This document shows, in pieces, positions 39,165 to 46,788 of a DNA stretch of 64,000 nt. The notes beneath the pieces are model-generated. The model ran no database searches, had not been told where the DNA came from, and saw only the letters and a program-made list of their open reading frames with translations. The number at the start of each line of letters is the position of its first letter. The stretch's first letter is position 1. Source of the stretch: Gammaproteobacteria bacterium (GTDB taxonomy: Bacteria > Pseudomonadota > Gammaproteobacteria > Eutrophobiales > Eutrophobiaceae); NCBI GenBank assembly GCA_965222155.1, contig CBDCTH010000001.1:31401-95400 (forward strand), read 5' to 3'. The position numbers and the translations under genes were made by a program.

Positions 39165-40592
39165 ATGTCGGCAGAGATAATAACAATTAAAGCGGATGTC
39201 GCGGTGCTGGGATCCGGGCCGGGCGGTTACACAGCGGCGTTTCGCGCCGCCGACCTGGGCCTGAAGACCGTTTTGATCGAGCGCTATCCCAGCCTGGGCG
39301 GTGTATGCCTGAACGTCGGATGTATCCCCTCAAAAGCCCTGCTGCATGTCGCCAAGGTGATCAGCGATACCAGGGAAGCCGCCGCTTATGGGATCGAGTT
39401 CGGCGAACCGAATATAGACCGGACCAGACTGCTGCGCTGGAAGGATAAGATATTAACCAGGCTGACCGGCGGTTTGAAAGGACTGGCAGGACAAAGGCAG
39501 GTCACACTGGTTCAAGGCGCGGGACAATTTGTTTCAGCCAACCGGATCACTGTAGATACAGGCGACGGAACACAGGATGTGGAATTTGATAAGGCTATTA
39601 TTGCCGTCGGTTCCCGACCGGTAAGCCTGCCTGACTGTCCGGATGATGCGCGGGTGATGGATTCTACCGGGGCCTTGGCGTTGCCGGATATCCCGTCAAG
39701 ATTACTGATCATCGGCGGCGGGATAATCGGCCTGGAAATGGCTGCGGTATACCACGAATTAGGCAGCAGGATTAGCGTGGTGGAACTGTTGGATAACCTG
39801 ATGACGGGGGCTGACCCTGACCTGGTTAAACCACTGCATAAACGCATAGCAAGGCAGTACGAGAATATTTACACGGGAACCCGCGTGACCGGGATCAGCC
39901 CCGGCGATAACGGCCTGGTGGTCGGCTTTTCCGGCGCCCAGGCAGCGCCTGAAGACACCTTTGACCGGGTCCTGGTGGCGGTGGGCCGACATCCTGACGG
40001 TAAACTCATCGGCGCCGATAACGCCGGTATCAATGTCGATGACCGGGGATTTATCCCGGTGGACAAACAGCAACGCACCAACGTTGCCAATATCTTCGCC
40101 GTCGGTGACGTTACCGGTGAACCCATGCTGGCCCATAAGGCCACCCATGAGGGGAAGGTGGCCGCAGAGGTTGCCGCCGGCAGGAACAGCGCGTTCGACG
40201 CCAGGGTAATCCCCTCGGTGGCTTATACCGACCCGGAAGTCGCCTGGGTCGGCGTCACGGAAACCGAGGCGGAACAGCAAGGTCTCAACTACGGCAAAGG
40301 CGTGTTTCCCTGGGCGGCCAGTGGGCGTTCCCTGAGTCTGGGCCGTAGCGAGGGGCTGACCAAGCTGTTGTTCGATGAACAGACCCGGCAGGTCATCGGT
40401 GCGGGTATTGTCGGTTCCAATGCCGGCGATTTAATCGCGGAAGTGGCGCTTGCCATTGAGATGGATTGCACGGCGGAAGATATCGGTTTGACGGTCCACC
40501 CCCATCCCACCCTGGCTGAAACCGTTGCCGGCGCCGCCGAGATGTTCGACGGGACGATTACGGATTTGTACGCTTCGGGGAACCGAAATTGA
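39165..40592 (+). CDS. lpdA: dihydrolipoamide dehydrogenase
   Basis: GSGPGGY, GGVCLNVGCIPSK, PMLAHKA, HPHPTLAE. Confidence 0.95.
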   Translation: MSAEIITIKADVAVLGSGPGGYTAAFRAADLGLKTVLIERYPSLGGVCLNVGCIPSKALLHVAKVISDTREAAAYGIEFGEPNIDRTRLLRWKDKILTRLTGGLKGLAGQRQVTLVQGAGQFVSANRITVDTGDGTQDVEFDKAIIAVGSRPVSLPDCPDDARVMDSTGALALPDIPSRLLIIGGGIIGLEMAAVYHELGSRISVVELLDNLMTGADPDLVKPLHKRIARQYENIYTGTRVTGISPGDNGLVVGFSGAQAAPEDTFDRVLVAVGRHPDGKLIGADNAGINVDDRGFIPVDKQQRTNVANIFAVGDVTGEPMLAHKATHEGKVAAEVAAGRNSAFDARVIPSVAYTDPEVAWVGVTETEAEQQGLNYGKGVFPWAASGRSLSLGRSEGLTKLLFDEQTRQVIGAGIVGSNAGDLIAEVALAIEMDCTAEDIGLTVHPHPTLAETVAGAAEMFDGTITDLYASGNRN

Positions 40593-40605
40593 CTGATGCG
40601 GGCGT

Positions 40606-40680
40606 GACCAGTATGTCAGGGATTCACGGGTGGCTGCTATCTACGAAGGCGCCAACGGCATTCAGGCACTGGACCTGTAA
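40606..40680 (+). pseudogene. acyl-CoA dehydrogenase C-terminal fragment
   Basis: Reads DQYVRDSRVAAIYEGANGIQALDL*. Confidence 0.75.
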
Positions 40681-40695
40681 CAAGCTTATCTTCCT

Positions 40696-41586
40696 TCAAT
40701 CCCGGCTGAATACGAATTTATCCTTCTCTCTCCTTACCGGGGGTTTGATGGTGGGGCGGCCTTTTTTCAGTTTGCCCAGAGCGTAGCCTTGCACTTTGGA
40801 GGCTTGCGTGATGATGGTGAATTTCATCAGCCAGCCGCTTGCCGTGGCCAGGATGCAGGCAAGCAGCGCCAGGGGTCCCAGCAGCGCTGGCTGGACTATG
40901 ATCGTGACAAGCAGAAGCAGCGGCAGGGCGTTTCCAAGGATGACATGCGGCCTGTTGATGCCGTCCAGGATTTTCAGTGCAGCCCGGGGGGCGTTGTTAA
41001 GCGCCAGCTGTTGCCGGTAATGTTGCCAGCTCACCAGCCGGCAGCCCAGCAGACCCATCAGCAGGTACAGGAGCCACATTTGTTCGGCATTGGAAAAAAT
41101 CAGCAGGATGGACAGGATGGCCGTGCCTTCTGTAAGGCCGGTACTGATGATCAGCGGCACCACCGCCGGTTCCCGCCAGGCCGGAATGCCTTTGCTGGCC
41201 TTCAGGATTCTGCCCTGGCAATAGAGGAACAGGAAACCCAGCAGGCCGGCGCTGGCCAGCAGCGCAGGCGCCTGCATCAACACGCCTATGAAGGTAGCGG
41301 CGAACAGCAATACCGAGACAGATGCTTCCCGGGTCATCCAGGAAGTCTGGGGATGAAAAAATACGTGCAGGAAACGCCAGGGCCGGCCGATCTCCAACCA
41401 CACGAGAAATAATCCCAGGCTCACGAACAGTAGCGCCGCCAGGCCGATGACCAGTGTCGGTGTGTTCGGCCAGGATGAGATAGCCGCCATCAGTATCAGG
41501 GCGCCGCCGCTGCCGCCAAACATGAAATTACCTGCAGCGCGCCAGTCCCACTGGGTCTGTAAGGCATTTCCGAAAGTATTTTGCAT
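40696..41586 (-). CDS. DmsC-family membrane anchor, PadD-like
   Basis: QWDWRAAGNFMFGG, EIGRPWR, SWMTRE; many TM helices. Confidence 0.8.
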   Translation of the reverse strand: MQNTFGNALQTQWDWRAAGNFMFGGSGGALILMAAISSWPNTPTLVIGLAALLFVSLGLFLVWLEIGRPWRFLHVFFHPQTSWMTREASVSVLLFAATFIGVLMQAPALLASAGLLGFLFLYCQGRILKASKGIPAWREPAVVPLIISTGLTEGTAILSILLIFSNAEQMWLLYLLMGLLGCRLVSWQHYRQQLALNNAPRAALKILDGINRPHVILGNALPLLLLVTIIVQPALLGPLALLACILATASGWLMKFTIITQASKVQGYALGKLKKGRPTIKPPVRREKDKFVFSRD

Positions 41587-41832
41587 AGTTCACCAAACCT
41601 GTCCTGGACGTTGTAACCCAGTGTTGTTTGTTACTGCTCTTATTCGTCATTCCGGCACAAGCCGGAATCCAGTAGAACAGTAAATCTTATAAAGCCAATT
41701 TATCGCAGGCGATAAACATTTTAATGGATTCCGGCCTGCGCCGGAACATTTTAATGGATTCCGGCCTGCGCCGGAATGACGGCCAGAGCGCCGCGCCAGT
41801 CCCATTGAGTCTGTAGTGCATTTCCGAAAGTA

Positions 41833-42516
41833 CTATTCACCCTGCATATCCCCCTGCATTTCTTCGGGTAATTCTTTATCCCACAGGTAATAAAAGCCCG
41901 GTTCCGTACCCAGTTCGGCGTGCATCTGGAACCAGGTGTTCTCGGCCAGCAACTCCGATACGTTGCTGTTTTCGTCCTCTATGTCGCCGAAACTCAGGGC
42001 ATCGGCTATGCAGGAGTTAACACAGGCCGGCGTGGCTTCGGGGTCGATGCCGGGAGTAAGCCCCTTGGCAACGCCGGAGTCCACCCGGTCGGAACAGAAG
42101 GTGCATTTCTGCGCCACGCCCATGGTGCGTTCATCGAAACGCTTCTCTTCGTTCTCGGTGGGCAGGTCGCCGAATGCAAATTCCGGCCTGTCCACCTTGT
42201 AGCGGGCCTGGTAGGGGCAGGCCACGGTGCAATAACTGCAACCGATGCACAGGTCGTAATCAATGGTGACAATACCGTCTTCCCGTTGTCCCGTCGCGGT
42301 GCTGGGACAGACGTGCATACAGGGCGGGTCCGCGCAGTGCTGGCAGCCTACCGGCATAAACAGGCGTTGTACGTCAGGGAACTCACCCCATTCAACGTCC
42401 AGCACCTTGCGCCACTGCACGCCCGGCGGAGTGGCATTGGTATGTTTGCAGGCCGCGGTGCAGGTCTGGCAACCGACGCAGCGGTTCATGTCCGCAATCA
42501 TGACATAGCGCGTCAT
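41833..42516 (-). CDS. four-cluster FeS subunit (DmsB/PadC-like)
   Basis: CVGCQTCTAAC, CQHCADPPC, CIGCSYCTVAC, KCTFC, PACVNSC. Confidence 0.9.
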   Translation of the reverse strand: MTRYVMIADMNRCVGCQTCTAACKHTNATPPGVQWRKVLDVEWGEFPDVQRLFMPVGCQHCADPPCMHVCPSTATGQREDGIVTIDYDLCIGCSYCTVACPYQARYKVDRPEFAFGDLPTENEEKRFDERTMGVAQKCTFCSDRVDSGVAKGLTPGIDPEATPACVNSCIADALSFGDIEDENSNVSELLAENTWFQMHAELGTEPGFYYLWDKELPEEMQGDMQGE

Positions 42517-42768
42517 AGTCCTGCTCCCACAATCGCCCCTGCCTTACGACATGCCAGGGCAAGCATACCGGAGAACGCCGGTATCCAGTCATCTACCACG
42601 ACATAACCAATCATATTCCTGCCCCCACAATCGCAATACCGGCGAACGCCGGTATCCAGTCATCTACCACGACATAACCAATCATATTCCTGCTCCCACA
42701 ATCGCAATACCGGCGAACGCCGGTATCCAGTCATCTACCACGACATAACCAATCATATTCCTGCTCCT
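42513..42768 (-). repeat. tandem 71/71/98-bp repeats encoding three ATGA-coupled mini-ORFs
   Basis: Unit boundaries at 42513, 42611, 42682, 42753. Confidence 0.9.
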
Positions 42769-45500
42769 ATGCGTGTTACATATACCTTGGTGCCGTCGAT
42801 ACTGGAACCGCCGCCATCCAGCGAGTCGACGTTCATGGGGACCAGGGAGTTCAGCCCCGGTCGTTTCAGGTCTTTGGCGAACGGCATCTTCCACTGGCCG
42901 AACTGGGCGATCATCACCACCACGTCGGGTCGCACCCCCTGGCGCAGGCGGGCGTAACCGCGGGTGGAATTGACCGGCGAGGTGACCTCAATGAGATCGC
43001 CGTCTTCAATACCCATTTCCTCCGCTTTATTGGCATTCATGATAATGCCGTCGTGGCCGTACACGTTGTCAGCTACTTCTTTCATCAATGGTATGCCCAC
43101 GTTGGAGCCCCAGGCGTATTGCATGCTGCGGCCGGTGAGTAGCCAGAACGGATAGTCCGCTGCCTTGACGTCGTGGTTGCGCTCGATGATTTCGTCCCAG
43201 AGCTTGTTCAAATCCTCGAATTCGGGCAGGGGCTGATATTCCTCCAGTTGTTTGTCCCACCAATGCACCCCGGTCTCGTGCAGGCGATTGGCCAGTTGCT
43301 TGCCCATGCGGTAATAACGTTCCTGGTAAGGCAGTTCAAAGCGCAGCCCCAGGTCTTCCAGCTTGTGGTACAGGTACCAGTTCAGGCGGGAATAGGGACG
43401 GGTCTTGAACCCGTTCTGCCGGAACCAGTCCAGGTCCAGGATTTCCTTGCCGCCGCTCAGGTCATGGCTGGCAGCCTTGCTCACCGCATTCCAGATATTA
43501 TCCTGCGAGTGTTCCTTGTCCAGGTCCAGCGAGAAGTCATAATCGTCGGTTTGCAGGGGGATGCCGCACACCCCGGCGTTGATGGCGCCGTTATAGGCTT
43601 CCAGCAAGCCGGTGCGTTTGGCCAGTTCGTTGGCGATCCAACTGAAGTCTTTTGCCTCGTGCAGCGGTTCTACCACCGCCTGGCGCAAGGCCCAGCCTTC
43701 CGTTTCCCAGTGATTCTCAAGATAGTGCCCGCCGCCGATCCGGTGCAGCTGGTCGCTTTCCAGGTCGGTCGCCTCAGGCATGATCACATCGGCGTAGTGG
43801 TTAGTCTCATCCAGGGTGTAGGCAAACGTGGCGGTAAAAGGAAATTCCGCCATCGCATCCCCCATCCTGTTTGTTTCGGAATGGGAAATGGCGGGGTTGC
43901 ATTTATAGACGAACCAGATGTCCGGCGGGTTTGGTTTCGGCCAGCTCTCGGCTGCGCGTCCCTGTAGTCTCAACCAGGCCAACGTGGTGGAACCGAACAG
44001 TTGCGCACCCATCTTGTCGCCCCCCATGGGGGTCAGGCTGTTATGGGCATGACGGGTAAAGGGGTTGGCATCCCAGCCTTCCTTGTCCGTGGGAGTAAAC
44101 GTGTGGGTCATAAAGCCGTCTTCCCCGACGTCCACCGTTAACGACCTCTCCCAGTCCGTATCGCCGGCCACGTGGGTGGTGCTGCCCAGCATACCGCCGG
44201 ACACCTCCAGCGCACCCACCAGCACCTGCATCATGGTATGGGCCCAGACGCATTCAAACGCGCCCCAGCCGTTATTAACGGATTTGCCCAGGACCGTTGC
44301 TACAGGTCGGAACGGCAGGGTGCGGCCGTCCACTACCTCGGTCTCGCCGATATGGGCATGGGACAGGTACTCATTGGTGATGCGGCGAATGGTCGCGGCG
44401 GGGACTTCGGAAATCCCGGCCGCCCACTCGGGGGTTTTATCGGCAAGCAACTGCCTGGTTTTTTCCAGCCCGGTAGCGCCCTCGACACTGTCGTAGCGCC
44501 AGGTCTCTTCATCGGCGCCGATCTCGATCGCGTTGACCACCGTAAAGGTGCCGGTCAGGGCCGGATCCGTAGCGGCTTGATCATAAGGCACTGCCTGGTT
44601 TGAGCTATTGTCCCACAGCAGCGGCTTTTTTGTTTCCGGGTCACGCAGGTAAAATCCATTAGGCCCCACCAGGTAAGGCGACGCCGTACGGTTTTTCAGG
44701 AACGGCACATCCAGCTTGTCGATGGGAGTCTCGTGCAGCATGACGTGCAGCATGGAATACAATACCGCGTTATCGGTCTTGGTCTTGATGGGTATCCATT
44801 CCGTGGCGCTGGCGCCGGTCACCGACAGGTGGGGTTCAAACTGTATGCGTTTCATGCCGCGCTTGCGGGCATCGGCATGGCGCCGCACCCCGGTAACGCC
44901 GCCGGAGGCGTCGATATTACTGCCGAACGAAATCAGGTATTCACAGCGGGGCGTATCCGGCAGGATGGTGAAGGCCCGGTGCCAGAGCTCGCCGAACATG
45001 TGTTCGGTGTGGTAACACTTGACCGTGCCGCCGGCCCCCAGGCTCTGGTCGAAGGGACCCCATGCGAACAACAGCGCCGGGAAGCTGCCCATATATTTGA
45101 AAGGTGTGGCCGCGCCGCCGGTGGTGAAGGCCAGGCGCGGGTTGCCGTTCTCATCCATAACGCCTTTGGCCCGGGTGGCGTTCATCTTGTCGGCGACGAT
45201 ATCCAGGGCCTCGTCCCAACTGATTTCCACCCAACCGGGCTCTTCATGCCGACCCTTTTTCGGGTTGGTGCGTTTCATGGGTTTTTTGATGCGGTGCGGG
45301 TTATACAGTTTCTGCACCAGCCCGAATGGCTTGACGCAGACCTTGCCGTCGGCAGGGTGTTCGCCTTTCAAGTCGAAATTGGGCTCAATTTTGGTGGCTA
45401 CGCCGTCAACGGTTTCCACGGTCAGTAAATCCGGACCGTTTACGCACTGATAACAATAGGTGGAAACTCTTTTTACTTCAGGCTCAACTTTGGCATGCAT
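42753..45500 (-). CDS. Mo-bisPGD oxidoreductase large subunit, phenylacetyl-CoA:acceptor oxidoreductase (PadB)-like
   Basis: TYCYQCVNGPDLL, CVK, PMKRTNPKKG, ISWDEALD; no Tat signal; followed by FeS and anchor genes. Confidence 0.8.
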   Translation of the reverse strand: MHAKVEPEVKRVSTYCYQCVNGPDLLTVETVDGVATKIEPNFDLKGEHPADGKVCVKPFGLVQKLYNPHRIKKPMKRTNPKKGRHEEPGWVEISWDEALDIVADKMNATRAKGVMDENGNPRLAFTTGGAATPFKYMGSFPALLFAWGPFDQSLGAGGTVKCYHTEHMFGELWHRAFTILPDTPRCEYLISFGSNIDASGGVTGVRRHADARKRGMKRIQFEPHLSVTGASATEWIPIKTKTDNAVLYSMLHVMLHETPIDKLDVPFLKNRTASPYLVGPNGFYLRDPETKKPLLWDNSSNQAVPYDQAATDPALTGTFTVVNAIEIGADEETWRYDSVEGATGLEKTRQLLADKTPEWAAGISEVPAATIRRITNEYLSHAHIGETEVVDGRTLPFRPVATVLGKSVNNGWGAFECVWAHTMMQVLVGALEVSGGMLGSTTHVAGDTDWERSLTVDVGEDGFMTHTFTPTDKEGWDANPFTRHAHNSLTPMGGDKMGAQLFGSTTLAWLRLQGRAAESWPKPNPPDIWFVYKCNPAISHSETNRMGDAMAEFPFTATFAYTLDETNHYADVIMPEATDLESDQLHRIGGGHYLENHWETEGWALRQAVVEPLHEAKDFSWIANELAKRTGLLEAYNGAINAGVCGIPLQTDDYDFSLDLDKEHSQDNIWNAVSKAASHDLSGGKEILDLDWFRQNGFKTRPYSRLNWYLYHKLEDLGLRFELPYQERYYRMGKQLANRLHETGVHWWDKQLEEYQPLPEFEDLNKLWDEIIERNHDVKAADYPFWLLTGRSMQYAWGSNVGIPLMKEVADNVYGHDGIIMNANKAEEMGIEDGDLIEVTSPVNSTRGYARLRQGVRPDVVVMIAQFGQWKMPFAKDLKRPGLNSLVPMNVDSLDGGGSSIDGTKVYVTRIGAGI

Positions 45501-45648
45501 CTGGCACCCCCTCCGACATAGACCAGGACTGTGACGTTGAGATTATATCATATCCTAGCCACATCTGAATTTGTATCACATCTTCCTGAAGCGGGATTTA
45601 AAAACCGGACGTTCTTGCTAATTATATTTATATAGCTACAATTATGTA

Positions 45649-45948
45649 ATGCGTTTTGAATGGAAGCATGACAAGGACCGCGCTAATCGGACAAAGCACA
45701 GAGTTTCTTTTGAGACTGCCTGTCTGGTGTTTGCTGACCCTTGGCATTTAACTACCCGGGATCGTCATAAAAGTAGTGAGGAACGCTGGCAAACGTTGGG
45801 TATGGTCAATGGTGTTGTTCTGCTTCTTGTCGCACATACTATTATTGAAGACGAACATGAGGAAATTATACGAATTATTTCGGCCAGGAAGGCAACCAGG
45901 AAAGAGAGACTGATTTATGAGCAAGCGTACAAAAAAACAAAATACTGA
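45649..45948 (+). CDS. BrnT-family toxin
   Basis: FEW...N..KH.VSF, EERW..LG, IRIISARKA. Confidence 0.9.
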   Translation: MRFEWKHDKDRANRTKHRVSFETACLVFADPWHLTTRDRHKSSEERWQTLGMVNGVVLLLVAHTIIEDEHEEIIRIISARKATRKERLIYEQAYKKTKY

Positions 45949-46117
45949 AGTCGAAAATTTGGCTTTAATGACGGATGAGGAGATAGACACGTCTGATATT
46001 CCTGAGATAACTGACTGGAGTAATGCAGTTGTCGGAAAATATTACCGGCCCATAAAAAAAACAGATCTCGTCAAGCCCGGAGATGGTGTTACCCATCAAC
46101 CACTGCCGTTGCGGTAA
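45917..46117 (+). pseudogene. BrnA-family antitoxin, C-terminally truncated
   Basis: DEEIDTSDIPE..DW..A..G.YYRP.K, then diverges and runs into the RidA 3' end. Confidence 0.7.
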
Positions 46118-46496
46118 TCTCCACTAAAAACTCCGGCATGGCCAGGGCCTGTATGCCCAGCAAGGTATTTGCCGGCAGGTGTTCCGGATCAAAATACCGA
46201 CCCATGGCAGCGCCTATGGCAGGAATTTTATCGGGATTGTAGTCCACCACGTAAATATCCAGGCGCACCACGTCTTTTATGGTAGCGCCCGCGGCGGCCA
46301 GGGCGGATTGTATGTTCTCCAGTGCCTGGCCTGTCTGTTGTTCCAGGTCGTCCCCGCCTACTAAATTCATATCCTTATCCCAGGCGGTTTGCCCGGCGCA
46401 ATGAATGATCTTTGTCCCGGTAGAGACAACGACTTGGGAAAAACCGTACTGGGCTGAGGGCCAGAGCTCATCGGGTTGTATATGCTGGTTTGCCAT
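46089..46496 (-). CDS. RidA/YjgF-family protein
   Basis: FSQVV, AGQ, L.AAGA...DVV, LVEI.ATA. Confidence 0.88.
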   Translation of the reverse strand: MANQHIQPDELWPSAQYGFSQVVVSTGTKIIHCAGQTAWDKDMNLVGGDDLEQQTGQALENIQSALAAAGATIKDVVRLDIYVVDYNPDKIPAIGAAMGRYFDPEHLPANTLLGIQALAMPEFLVEITATAVVDG

Positions 46497-46788
46497 GCTT
46501 CATCTCCGGTTATTTTATTTAATATGTCTTTATACCAGAATTCTGAAACTGATATATGCTACGACATTTTGCAGAACAAAAGTTGTGTAATTACAACACG
46601 TTGATAATATTAGCGGGAATAGCTGATGAAATAATGCTCCTCTTTACATTATTGCTATTTTAAGATTAAAATGTTCGATAAGTCTGTTGGAGGAAAGCTA
46701 CAATCTTCCTATATACATTTAATTACAAGCGATTGTAATACAGGGAATAATTTTAGCTGATAAGCGCATCTATTTTAGGAGGACACTC

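Noticed and set aside
42513-42768. CRISPR-like repeats
   Set aside because: Whole units are duplicated with no variable spacers; explained as junction plus REP duplication
43173-45450. Long antisense ORFs here and over other GC-rich genes
   Set aside because: Shadow frames of well-supported genes
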